From Octopus vulgaris (taxonomy: Eukaryota): a stretch of 64,000 nucleotides of DNA. Both the position numbers and the translations under genes were made by a program. Every line of letters begins with the position of its first letter. Position 1 is the stretch's first letter. Location: positions 51,026,001-51,090,000 of the forward strand of contig OX597826.1 of assembly GCA_951406725.2 (NCBI GenBank). The letters are read 5' to 3'. Under the pieces are notes generated by a model. That model did not search any database. It was given only the letters and a program-made list of their open reading frames with translations, and had not been told where the DNA came from. Positions 24,161-37,684 of the stretch are shown here, piece after piece.

Positions 24161-24860
24161 GGCAGTGAGTTGGCTGAATCGTTAGCACACCGGGCAAAAT
24201 GCTTAGAGGCATTATGTCTATCTTTTCTTTCGGAGTCGATTAAGTACCAGTGAAACACTGGGGTCAATGTAATCGACTAGTCCCCTCTCCCCAAATTCCA
24301 GGCCTGTGCCTTTAGTAGAAAGGATTATAATAAGTCGCCCCAATGACAAATAAAAGAAATGATTATTTAAATTATGGTGTTATTTACTAACTATTGAACT
24401 TGACCCTTTTCATCTAATTCCTGGTCCCTAACTGACTTATATCATGTCTTGTACTCCGCCGCCCCAGATGTTGCCCCAGAAACATTATAGGCCACCAGGC
24501 TAATCAATGCACTGGGGCCTGTAATATTTATTGACAGCAAGCCGTAGTATATATAGAGATTAGAACCGGGCCCCTGGGTCATGAGGCCCTCAGGTAATTG
24601 CCCAGTGTGCCCCTGCCCTAAGACGGCACGGCTTCCTTTTCGCCTTTTAAATATTTCATTTTTCATTCTCTCGACCCATTAATACTAATCTCGACCTCGC
24701 ACCTACCTATCTCTCTCTCTCACTCTACCTACCTACACACACACACACACATGCATGCATACATACATACATGTTACTCTGGTTGGTTTCAGTCATGGGT
24801 CTGCGGCCATGCTGGGGGCACCACCTTCAAATTCGACCCAGTGCTTATTTTTAAAGTCTG

Positions 24861-24922
<62 letters not shown>

Positions 24923-25952
24923 CATCGCCTAAGTTACAGACATGAACAAAGCAACAACGGTTTGTCAAACGGTGAGAGATAGGCGCATTTCTACACACAC
25001 ACACGCACACATCCTATTGATCTTTACTCCCTTCTCTACAGCTCTCTCACTTGTTTACTATACTCTCACAGCCACTCCTTTTTCTTTCACCTTCCCTTCG
25101 TTGCGGATACACTCACCTCCCTCTCCCGTATTACTCCTATTACACAATATATGCTTTGTAAGCCACTATTCTCCCCCCAGCACTCTCTTTCTCTCTCTCA
25201 CTCTTTCTTTCTATCTCTCTCTCTCACTATTTATATATACACAGATACACATATATATTCCTCCTCTTATTTTGCTTCCTTTCTTTCTCTCTTTCCACTC
25301 TCTCCCCTTCCTTTTCACTCTTTACTCCCCTGCTGTGTCGTACTCACTCCCACTACTCTGTTATCTAACCTCGGACCACACCTCCCATTGTGCATTGCTT
25401 CTTTATATGCTGCGCTCTTCCACTGGTTTTCTCTCATATTCATTAAAGTTGCCGTTATGTCTACTACTACAAATGGTGGCTAGCAGCCGTTTTCTTTAAT
25501 AAACTAAAAAACCTTAGATACAGAAATCCATAATAAAACCAAAAAAAAAAAAAAAAGGAGTGTCAAGCTTTAAATTCACTGGATATTTTACAATCATATT
25601 ACATTGGTCTTCACTGTTTAATTAACGATCAACCCTCATTAATGCATATGTAGTAGATTTCATATTTTATATTTATATAAATATAAATTCATTTGCTGGC
25701 TTACAGCAGCAAACGTTTGTCAAAATTCCTCGGACTGTTTATTTTCCTTCATCCTTCATCATACAAAGAAATCACAAATTTTGAACATTCAAGGACATAT
25801 TTTTTATTCCAAACGGATCTTTTTCTACCCATACGATATTGGTATATTGATCATTCGTGTGTAGTGTAATAGTGTATATACATATATATATACACACACA
25901 CTCACGCGTACTCACCTACATAAGCACCAAAGCACTCACATTCAGGTAAATG

Positions 25953-26230
<278 letters not shown>

Positions 26231-27497
26231 TCTCTCTCTCTCTCTCTGTACCTATTTATTTGTTTGTCTATTTATCTCTTGTATGTCTATATGCCTATCC
26301 ATTTCTCTTCTTCACTCTCTATATGTCTGTCTCTATCTCCTCCCTCTTCTTTTCTCTCGATCTCTTGCATTATTGATTTCTGGCAATGTCGTTTGTAAAA
26401 AGTCAGATATTGGGAGAAATTTACTAAATAAATCGTTCACTAAGAGTAGACTTTCTATTCTATTCTGTTCTATTTTTGACGACGAGGTGCTGCCATAGGA
26501 GGAAGGTAAGTCCATCTGTAAAGATTAGACAACTACATACACCTGAACCTCTTCGTGTTCACACAGTCTGCTAGAAATAGTAATGAAATAGTCCTTAAAT
26601 AGCATTCTTACCCTTTCAGAAAGACAATTTGGAATGTAGTTCTGATGCATTGTTTGAAAACATATGGGAAAATCGGTCAGGACAGGAACCCCTTTGATCC
26701 TAGTTGTACACTATCGGGTTTGACCTGGAAGCCAGAGAATGGAGCCTCATTTAGGTGGTAAATCTATATGCTAGAAATAGCAGTCAAGTATTTTATAAGC
26801 CACACACTCATCGTTTTAAAAGTAAAGTAAAATGACACATTAAGTAATGTACTTCTGGATACACTGGGGCTTAAAACAATAGAAAAAATAAAATATATGT
26901 TTGATTGTAATGTCTGCTCGATCGGAATCGACTTGGAGACTCATTTCTAGTCATTCATAGGTGGTACATGCCCATAATGTCGACCTATTTATGAATATAA
27001 AAACTAATGGAAAAAACAAAACACTAATGGCAATCGTTTGCACAAAAATAGACCTGATCGTGTATACATACAAAACTATGTAGACAGAAGGTTGTTTTCG
27101 TCATCATCGACAAACGTCATTGCATTTATATTACGATTCTTCTCCCTTGTTTGTGTTGTGGTGGTGGTGATTCATAAGTGATCTTACTACAAACATTTAA
27201 AGTACATAAACCAATTTGAAACAAATAACTAACACACATATATATGCCGTCTTCATTTTCATTTGTCAACATGAATTGTTCACATAAAACAAAATGGATT
27301 TGTGAACCATTTAGAAAGTGTATAATGATTAATTGGAGATTTTCTTGGTTTTAGTTCTTTATTTTGGGGGGCTTTACTCAATGGAAAATCACTTCCGCGG
27401 CACCATTTCTCCTTTTCTGTCGTTTTTTTTTTCGGTTTCTTATTTCAACTTATCTTTCAGTACTTCAGTTTATTTATTGTATACATTTAAATTTTGT

Positions 27498-27563
<66 letters not shown>

Positions 27564-27564
27564 A

Positions 27565-27737
27565 TGATAGATCGCTAGCCGCTACACATTCTTTATTTTC
27601 TCTCCTTGTTTCTTTCTGTGGAAGAGCGTAGGCTCGAAACGTTAAAGACTTTTTCACTTCCCGAACGTTAAACTAATACATCTGTTTTTTGTCTACACCA
27701 CCTGTCTTCGCCTTTTGTTTTTGTATGACTTCTCCCT
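27565..27737 (+). mobile_element. ~175-bp repeat with a hammerhead-shaped motif, adjoining (TA)n
   Basis: Second copy at 32343-32512 and a decayed copy at ~59060-59275; motif TCTTT-CTGTGGA-A-GAGC-gtag-GCTC-GAAA-CGTT-AAAGA at 27611-27648. Confidence 0.7.
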
Positions 27738-27829
27738 ATATATATGCGTGTGTGTGTATATAAATATATATGTGTGTATATATATATATAGACTGCTCTA
27801 TTCTTTAGAGTGCGCTTCTTTTATGATAT

Positions 27830-28130
27830 ATATTTTATATGTATATAAATAGATATGTATATGCATATACATATATATGTATATGCATATACATATATAT
27901 GTATATGCATATACATATATGCATATGCATATACATATATATATGTATATAAATAGATATGTGCATATATATATACATATATATATATATGTGTATATAC
28001 ATATATATGTGTATATACATATATATGTGTATATACATATATATGTATATGCATATACATATATATGCATATGCATATACATATATATGCATATACATAT
28101 ATATGCATATACATATATATGTATATGTGC
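27830..28130. repeat. (TA)-derived compound microsatellite
   Basis: Read directly. Confidence 0.9.
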
Positions 28131-28280
28131 ACGTAATTTAAAGATAAAATCATTAAAACTAATGAATTTTATCAGTGGCCAGCATATAAAAAAAAAAAAC
28201 GCCTTTTAGGTAAAATACATATAGAGAGATATAAAATACATATATATCGGGTATAAGTATAATTGTACCCTATACAATTA

Positions 28281-28315
<35 letters not shown>

Positions 28316-28334
28316 GCACGTATATGTATGTGTG

Positions 28335-28366
<32 letters not shown>

Positions 28367-29689
28367 GGTATATGCATATTAGGTAAACGTTACTATGTTG
28401 TTGAACTGAACTCGGATTTACTGTTGATGTCAATAATAGATAAAATAATAACAATGGCTGCTTTACGTTGCAGCTGTTTCATATTTAAATAAGTTTGTTC
28501 TTGAGAAATGTGAGTTGTGATGTTCATACATTTTGCGATAGCATTAACGATGGCAGCTGAAACAACAACAATAACGTCTTATATGGGACTCTACAATCGA
28601 ACTTCGATGCGGTTACACTAAGGGGCTAGAAAGAGAAGCTATAAATCTCATTCAAACCACACACTATCGTCTATATAAGAAAGGGTAGGACACATTGGAA
28701 TTAATGCACTTAGATATATACATTGTTTGAATAAAGCATTGGTTGGTTGGTCATGGCTCGAACCTCTTTGGTCATGGGTGTCCTCGCTAAGGGCTGATGT
28801 ACGGTGATAATAATGCGCACGTTGGGTGGGCCGGCCCCTGATCGATTAGGCCCATGTTACGTAGGTGATTGATAAAATGATTTCGGCGATCCACTACCCC
28901 CAAAATACTACTATTCGCCAGTCTTGGTTTCGATCTTCGTATAAATCATTCCCATACCTGTTCATGATTGGTACCACCAATTGAGAAAGGTATGAACTTC
29001 ACGACAGCAACTCCATTGTTCAACCTTTTTTTCTTTTTTCTTAATTCTTTCGATTACTATCTTTACGTGGTCAGCTGCCCCCATCGATCTTTCGAGGGTC
29101 GATAAAATAAATAAAAGTACATGTGTGTGTGGGGAAGCGCGTGTCGACTAACCCTCATCTCTCAAAATCAAAACTACCGGCCTTGTATCTAAATCAGAAC
29201 TAATAATAATAATGATAATATGAATTTTATATAAAAATTTATTTATATACAAACAATCGTTTATGGTCGGTTCTCCTTTCATTTTTATTTTGAATTCGTT
29301 TCAGTTGTAATATAAGTTTTACTTTGTTGCCCTTGAGGCAAAATCATTATCACCATCGATATTATTATCATCATGGTGGTGGATGGTGAAAGGTTTGAAT
29401 AGGCAGAGCAACGACTTGCATGCCATTTGTTTATTTGTTTTAATTACGTCTGTCTGTGTTTCTAATTTCAAACCCTGAGGTTGGACCTCACAACTTATTT
29501 TCTCTGAGATTATGTTGTGGGAGTAGATTTAATCTACCCTAGAATTCTGTGACCTTGTGTCTTAAGAACTGAACCGATTAATTCATTGTAGCAGAATCGG
29601 TAGAACGATGAAATAAATGCCGTGACTAGACAGACAGTTTAAATCCCGTCGAGGTCGATTTTGATTTTTATCTGGTTGAGGCTCGGCAA

Positions 29690-29941
29690 AATGTTGAATA
29701 GTTTTCCTTGTATAGAAGGGATTACGAAGGCTATAGGGTAATGTTAAATAGTTTTCCTTGTATAGAAGGGATTACGAAGGCTATAGGGTAATGTTAAATA
29801 GTTTTCCTTGTATAGAAGGGATTACGAAGGCTATAGGGTAATGTTAAATAGTTTTCCTTGTATAGAAGGGATTACGAAGGCTATAGGGTAATGTTAAATA
29901 GTTTTCCTTGTATAGAAGGGATTACGAAGGCTATATAGGGT
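29690..29941. repeat. 50-bp tandem repeat, 5 copies
   Basis: Unit AATGTTAAATAGTTTTCCTTGTATAGAAGGGATTACGAAGGCTATAGGGT. Confidence 0.95.
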
Positions 29942-30121
29942 AGTGTCCTTCCTTCAGACCCAACAAGTAAAAAAAAAGAAGATAATAATGAAATGGACCC
30001 AATTTTAGGGATAAAAAAATTCAGTAAACTTGTCAGATTGAAAATAATGTGTATGGTGGTGGGGGTGAAGTACTGAGGTCGGTAGTCTCCACCTCAATAT
30101 TTCTGATCTTGTTATTATATT

Positions 30122-30735
30122 AGGCGGCAAGTTGGCAGAATCGTTAGCATACCGGCCGAATTATTGCTTTAACGGTATTTCGTCTGCTGCTAGCTACGTT
30201 TTGAGTTCAAATTCTTCCGAGGTCGACTTTGCCTTTCATCCTTTCGGGGTCGATGAAATAAGTACGTACCAGTTACGCACTGGGGAGTCTATATAATCGA
30301 CTTAATCCGTTTGTCTGTCATTGTTTGTCCCCCTCTGTATTTAGCCCCTTGTGGGTAGTAAGTAAAGAAACAGGTATTTCGTCTGCCACTACGTTTTGAG
30401 TTCAAATTCATCCGAGGTCGACTTTGCCTTTCATCCTTTCGGGGTCGATTAAATAAGTACGTACCAGTTACGCACTGGGGGTCGATATAATCGACTTAAT
30501 ACCTATGTCTGTCATTGTTTGTCCCCCTCTGTATTTAGCCCCTTGTGGGTAGTAAGCAAAGAAACCGGCATTTCGTCTGCCGCTACGCTTTTGAGTTCAA
30601 ATTCATCCGAGGTCGACTTTGCTTTTTCATCCTTTCGGGGTTGGTGAAATAAGTACCAGTCAAGTGCTGGATCGATGTAATCGACTAGTCTCCTCCCCGA
30701 GATTTCATGCCTTGTGCCTCTAGTAGAAAGGATTA
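30122..30735 (+). mobile_element. family B SINE with a tandemly triplicated body
   Basis: One head followed by three ~195-200-bp bodies, each starting GGTATTTCGTCTG or a close variant (~30174, ~30373, ~30567). Confidence 0.85.
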
Positions 30736-31474
30736 TTATTGTTATTTTTATCCCACTGGGGGGTCAATTTGTCTTTCATCCTTAAGTACCAGTTGAGTAT
30801 TTGGACCGATGTAATCGATTTGCTTCCTCCTCCAAAATATCAGCACTTGTGCCTATAGGAGAAAGAGTTACTATTTTTATCCATGGTTATTATTACTACT
30901 ATTCATTGTTACGTAAGATAGGTTAACTGATTTTTCTAGCTCTCTCATCGATTTTCTAAACTGGAGCTCATGACCTTGAATAATGTTGATTTGCATTTAA
31001 AAGAGGGGGGGGGGGTAACATGGAGGGAAAGAAATGAATAGAAAGTGAAAAGGTTAAGTTCTTGATTTTTTAGCCCAGCTCAGTTACTGAGCAAGAAGTC
31101 TTAATTGATCAGACACTCCAGCCATGACCATCCCATGTTTTTTTTTTTTTTTTTTTGTATGTAATTCTTTTCACTAGATGAATAGGTTGTGATTTGAGAC
31201 AGATTTGGGTGTTATTTCTCTTATCTCGAGTGATCAGGTAGATGGCCTTTTTGTTAGTTAGGTGTGCTAAGTGAAAATAGGTGGCGGTGACATCGCTTCA
31301 GTTTGTTTTCTCAAGCTTCGTTCTGCTAGATGACATACATATATACATGTCAGGTATGTTTGTGTGTGTATGCATACATGGTATATGTGCATATACGTAC
31401 GTTCATATTTGTACACACAAACCATATTTATGTATGCACGTGTGTATGTCTATATATATATATTATATTAGAGG

Positions 31475-31595
31475 AAAAATCAAAACCAAGGCAGAACGAG
31501 TCTCTCAAGTCATTTAGAATAATTTAATTAGAGTAAGGTTAATTGAATTATTCTAAATGACTCGAGATACTCGTTCTGCCTTGGTTTTGACTCAA
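31475..31595. repeat. ~55-bp inverted repeat element next to TA runs
   Basis: TCAAAACCAAGGCAGAACGAGT..CTC.AGTCATTTAGAATAATT versus its complement at ~31540-31590. Confidence 0.8.
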
Positions 31596-32301
31596 ATATA
31601 ATATATACGTGCTATAACGGAACCCTAACACGGACCCCTAGATCCAGCCTATGATCTTGGAATCTAACGGGCGACCAACTAATAGCACTTACCCAGCGTA
31701 CCTATTCGTTCAAATCACAAGTGAACTAAACCCCTCATATTTTTTATATATATATATATATATGTGTGTTTCGTTGCTATTATGCTGAACTGTGGTATGT
31801 CCAAATTTGGCCAAATGCATTTTTTTTTTCAATTGTCAATGTGTAATACAACAGTTTTGCTATGGAATGGTAAAACTGTTTTTTCGTTTTTCGAAAAAGC
31901 AACGTTTTGGACGATCCCTTAGAATATATCTCTTATGATAAAAGGCAGATTTTCTCTGCCTGTTACCATGTTCGTTTTTAATACAATTCTACAATATAGA
32001 ATTTCTTCAATTGGAATTTACCTATGATTTTTCGAAGTAGATTCGATTGGGTCATGGCATATAAAGTAGATTTGGCTGCTATTTCTAGTAGGCCCCGGGA
32101 GCTCTTGGAGATGCACCAGCCCTCGTTTACACTTTATACTGTTATATTTTTTCAAGATGATGAGTATGTTAGCAGTGTTAGTTATTAGAATGAAGCCCTT
32201 TTTCATGTATGTATGTATGTATGTATGTATGTATGTATGTATGTATGTATGTATGTATGTATGTATGTATGCATGCATGCATGCATGCATGCATGCATGC
32301 A

Positions 32302-32332
<31 letters not shown>

Positions 32333-32342
32333 ATGTGTATCA

Positions 32343-32509
32343 TGATAGGTCGCTAGCCACTACATATTCTTTATTTTCTCTCCTTGTTTCTTTCTGTGGA
32401 AGAGCGTAGGCTCGAAACGTTGAAAACTTTTTCACTTCCCGAGCGTCATACTAATACATGTTTGTTGTTTGCACCAACTGTCTTCGTCTTTTGTTCTTTT
32501 GTAAATTCT

Positions 32510-32512
<3 letters not shown>
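32343..32512 (+). mobile_element. second copy of the ~175-bp hammerhead-motif repeat
   Basis: Closely matches 27565-27737; motif at 32389-32426; ends CTCCC(TA)n. Confidence 0.7.
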
Positions 32513-32578
<66 letters not shown>

Positions 32579-33299
32579 TGATGGCTCCCTCTTTACGCAA
32601 ATATGTTGTTTACATCATATACACCCTTATCGACTATACAAACATTCCAGCATTTATTTTTTTTACACTAAATAATTTATAATTGTTTTTATCAATGTTA
32701 ATAATTAACGTCCATTACAAAATTTTCTACAATTAAGTAGTAATTAAATGGTGGTATGTAATTTACTTGTCTAATTATCACTGTTGTTGTGTTGGTTTCG
32801 TTACTATAATAATAATGATGATGATGATGATTGCTGTTTTGCTCCAGCTCTCATACTCTCTTACCAAACAAATCTAAAATCAAAAACACTCCAAATGTAG
32901 CCATCAATCCTATTTTTTTTAGAGGAGGTCCTTCTTGATGAATATCTCAAGGACTACATTATCCAACGTGGTGCTGTATGATTTTTCAATATTTATGTGG
33001 CTGCTATCTTTAGCAGGCTGAGCGGTTAGATGCGCGCGCACACACACACACACATATACCCTCACCTTCGATCTGTGTTTTCGAAAGATAATAGTAATTC
33101 TTATTAGTTTGTTTTCAAACCCCAGACCGAACACATTGAAGCAGACAAACAACCAAGCAAGCATTGTATGCCGTCCATGTGCAGACGCACTGGACCCTAT
33201 AGTATGTATTTATTGACAGCAAACGACAGCGCATATATGGGCTTCCAGCCCCAAGAGGCCCAGTGTGCTCTATACATGTGTATATATGCAGGAGTGGCT

Positions 33300-33596
33300 A
33301 TAGGCGCAGGAATGGCTGTGTGGTAAGTAGCTTGCTAACCAACCACATGGTTCCTGGTTCATTCCCACTGCGTGGCACCTTGGGCTAGTGTCTTCTACTA
33401 TAGCCTTGGGCCGACCAAAGCCTTGTGAGTGGATTTGGTAGACGGAAACTGGAAGAAGCCCGTCGTATATATGTATATATATGTATGTGTGTATATGTTT
33501 GTGTGTCTGTGTTTGTCCCCCCAAGTCCCGAGGTCGATTTGCTCGACTAAAAGGCGGTGCTCCAGCATGGCCGCAGTCAAATGACTGAAACAAGTA
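33300..33596 (+). mobile_element. tRNA-derived SINE family C (CORE-like CCTTGGGCAAGT block), internally deleted
   Basis: Head AGGCGCAGGA.TGGCTGTGTGGTAAG...GGTTCA.TCCC; reverse complement of the 63277-63663 copy. Confidence 0.85.
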
Positions 33597-35127
33597 AATA
33601 CATTACATTAATATTTATATAAATATATATGTATATGTGTAAGCACATGTATAGTCTCTTACATGTTGGTGCGGTGCCCACTAAATTTAAGGCTTAACGC
33701 ACTTTTTATACTCAGTTACCTCGAAATCTTACTTATATCAAAACTGAAACTAGTTCAGCATTTTTTTTATTACCTCAATTTCTTTTTTTCCGACCGAATC
33801 ATTCTTATTTTTTTTTTCAACGGAATCGTTTGTATTTTTTTTTCCTTTGTATTTGTGTTTAAGTGCATGTATGTATGTATATATATACATAAACACAAGC
33901 GATTCAGCTGAAAAAAAAAATTAAAGAAATAAAAACATTCTACGGAAATTGCCGAAGTTTCACTTTTGTTTTACCATCTCCGGAAAGATTTCCGATCATA
34001 TTGAAAAATGTAATCTTCAATACTCCCATTAAACAAGGACAGTCGTGGCTGGAACGGTTTTATTGCAAATTTGCTCGATCTGGGCTGATATAGATGTTTT
34101 AAATATCAATAAGTATAAATAAGTATTTCATTGTTTTTAAGGTACACCTGATGTCTTCATTCGTTGGTATCGAATGCAAAGAACTGCAGATATATAGCGA
34201 AAGAGCTAGGGAAGAACTCAGCCTGCTAGAAATAGCAACGAAATTTCTCTCTCAAGTCTCACCTTACAGTTCTTAGTGGGAGGGCAAGGGACATGTTGGG
34301 TGGAATAGTTTTGATGGCAATCTTACGTAAGATTGCCGTTTTGATCATATATCTGCAATAACAACAATTTCGCTAATCTTGTTATTCTCTAAAATGTAAA
34401 CTGCTGAAGGCGCCCCAACACGAACATACGTACACCACACACACACACACTCTCTGCTACTATTATTACTGTGTATTACGTAATTTGTGTTGATTGGTTA
34501 TCGTGTTTACGTAGCTCGTGCAAGAGCGCGCGCTCACGCTCATGTTAACCTATAAACAGAAATGTCTAATTCGCTCGACGTAATCTTCATGTTAACAACC
34601 CCCCCCCCCCAATATTGGCATGTTATTATCTAAACACGCACACATGCTGGGACACTGCCATCATGGGTTTTAATCGAACAAACCCATTTATCTAAGTCTA
34701 ATACTTTGTCTGTGGGTTTCTTATCCTGAACCGTGAATTTCCGTAAACAAACCAACACTGGTTGTCAAGCGGTGAGGCGGACAAAGACCTGTGTACACTC
34801 GCGCGCGCGCACTCACACGTGCACGCGCGCATGAGCGCATACAATATGTACGACGCACTTCCATACAGTCTCCGTCTATCCGTCTACCTAATTCATTCAC
34901 AAGTCATTGATCCGAGCGAAAGTAGAAACTTGCCCAAGATGCTGCGCAGTGGTACTTGAACCTGAAATCACTCTGTTGGTGCAGAGTAAGTTTCTTAAAC
35001 ACACAGCCTCGCCTGCACCTATATAAGTATATAATTATAAGAAAAATGTAAAGGAAAACCTTTACTGCGGCGGAACTAATCACCGCTCTATAAGAACAAA
35101 TATGTTATCTATCTATCTGTATGTTTG

Positions 35128-35192
<65 letters not shown>

Positions 35193-35532
35193 AAAAAAAA
35201 GTCAAGGTAGAAAATGCTAAAATAATTTTATAAAAACATTTCAGTACCGGTTTCGGTCATTGAGACTTTTTTTTCAACTGTAAGTATGGAAAACAATTAA
35301 ATTTTGGAAAAATTAAATGATAAGTATTTTAAAAGAAGATTTGCATAGTATTCAAATACAAAGGGAATTTTCCTTGTTTCTGCCTCTTATTTTTAAAAAA
35401 TACTTATCATTTGATTTTTCCAAAATTTAATTGTTTCCCATACTTACAGTTTAAAAAGTCTCAATGACCGAAACCGGTACTGAAATATTTTTTTATAAAA
35501 TTATTTTAACATTTTCTACCTTGACTTGTTTT
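35193..35532. mobile_element. ~145-bp-arm palindromic element in (TA)n with a degenerate hammerhead-shaped motif
   Basis: 35193-~35340 is complementary to ~35385-35532; motif CAG-TTTAAAA-AGTC-tcaat-GACC-GAAA-CCGGTA-CTG at 35447-35482. Confidence 0.65.
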
Positions 35533-35634
35533 ATATATATATATATAACTTGTGTGTTCCTTTTCAACCTTCTACACACACTGATTGTATTTCACTTATT
35601 AATTAGCTCGCTAGATAATTGACTGATCAATTGT

Positions 35635-35925
35635 TTGATCACGTCAGTCATTTGGTTCGTTGGAGGAACGCCATCGATAAGGACAGTCTGTGACGACAGG
35701 TTTCTGTCGGACCGACTGAGCTAAATAAAACTTTATGTACGTCGCCGACGGATCGACCATGCATTCATTGTTTAGAGTGTGGAATTGGCCCATGTGCTAG
35801 GCTGCTCTTCGTTTTAAAACGTTTCAAGAACAGGTATCGCTGGATTTCTAACATCTCGATTATGTGCTGCATACTACGGACGACCGTGATCGAAAAATGG
35901 CGAAACATTGAATGTCAGCGTGAGT
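35635..35925 (+). promoter_or_regulatory. candidate promoter and non-coding first exon (possibly of IP6K)
   Basis: Non-repetitive CpG-rich patch with CACGTCA, Inr-like TCAGTC (35644-35649), YY1-like AAAATGGCG (~35893) and a GTGAGT donor at 35920; motif-level evidence only. Confidence 0.25.
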
Positions 35926-36101
35926 GGGAACTTTCTGTATGTCTGATGCAAGAGGTACTCATTGTTGCCTCACCTGTGAAAAAAAAAGGGGGTGGATAGG
36001 TCATTAGCAGGATTGAAAAGTTATATCCTTGTTGCATCATTAAGAAAACAATCGAGCGATTTCATTGCTCGATTTTGGCTTGCAGCCATCACATTTGTGT
36101 G

Positions 36102-36179
<78 letters not shown>

Positions 36180-36710
36180 TTACACTGTGGAAGAGCCACT
36201 TTGGCCATTCAAAACGCACTAAAACTGTGAAATTCGAAATTCCATCGTACAACAGCTACCTGGTCACTGACACAATTCCTCCACAACTGTTTGAAAGTTA
36301 GTTAAAAGCAAGTTTCTGATATGTCTCGGACCCTTTTTTTCTTTCTTTTCCAACTTAAGGCACATAGGTTTGCTGTATTCATGCTGATTAATCTTCACCT
36401 CTTGGTTGTCGTTACTCACTTCCAGGTACCATTCTTTTCACCGTTTACAACTTAGTATATAGTCAATGTCACCAGCCGTACCTTTTTATTATTTTTAGCA
36501 ATATTTTTCTTCTTTCTCCTCTTGTCATGAATGTGTGCTTATAATTTATGCATATCTCCTACGCTATTCGTAAACCCAAGGTATTTTAGTACATTGCTCA
36601 CTGACGATACACGTCTATGTAAATTTGATTCCTATAATGCATATATTAGATGTGAGCTTAAAACAAGACGAGGGCAGATATGCACTCCCTTTTTTAACCA
36701 CATGATGTGT

Positions 36711-36742
<32 letters not shown>

Positions 36743-37472
36743 GCACGCATTCACGACGAGCTTCTTTCAGTATCCGTCTTCTAAATCCGCTCACAAGGCT
36801 CGAGGCAGTGGGGGTGAACTCGAAACCATGTGATTTGGGGTACAAGCTTCTTACCTCTCGATCATGTGTATTTATGTGTTTGTGTTTGTATTTGTTCCTC
36901 CACTGCCACTTGATAGCCGGCGTTGCTTTGTTTACGCTTTTGTGACAATGCGGTTCGGCAAAAGAACTCAATAGAATTAGCCCAATGCTTTAAAACTAAG
37001 CGCTGGGATCGATTCGTTCGACTAAAACCCGTTAAGGCGGCGTCCCAAGCATGCCCATATAGTCCAATGACTGAAACAAGTAAAAGATACATATACACAC
37101 CCCTTTACTTTTTAGATCCTTTGGCTGCATCGTTCACTTTTAAAAACCAAATAATTTTCATATGTAAACATACATTCAAAACAACCAGTTTTTAGTTACA
37201 AACTTGCACAACTGTTGCCGACCTATTTCTTTCTCTTCTGTTTTTTTTTTATCATCATTTTCGACTTTTTTTTATATTGATATTTTATTTTTGTTATAAT
37301 CGTAAACATATAAGTTGCTACTTCTCCACCACCGGTATTTATGTTGTGTGTGAGAGAGAGAAAGAGAAACGAGTGGGGAGTGTGTGTGTCGTGTTTTGGT
37401 GTCAACTGTCACGCAATGGTTTTGTTTGACACTTTATCTTGTATATGCTGTGTATATACACATACGTATACA

Positions 37473-37520
<48 letters not shown>

Positions 37521-37637
37521 TATATATATATACGTATCTATAAATACGTCTCTCTCCGTGCAAGCTCACACACACAAAGGCATACGTATACATGTCTATG
37601 CATATACGAATCTATATATACGTCTCACTTTCTCTGC

Positions 37638-37684
<47 letters not shown>

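Noticed and set aside
24942-25499. 185-aa ORF
   Set aside because: Pyrimidine-rich low-complexity sequence (S/L/F/P) with no recognisable domain
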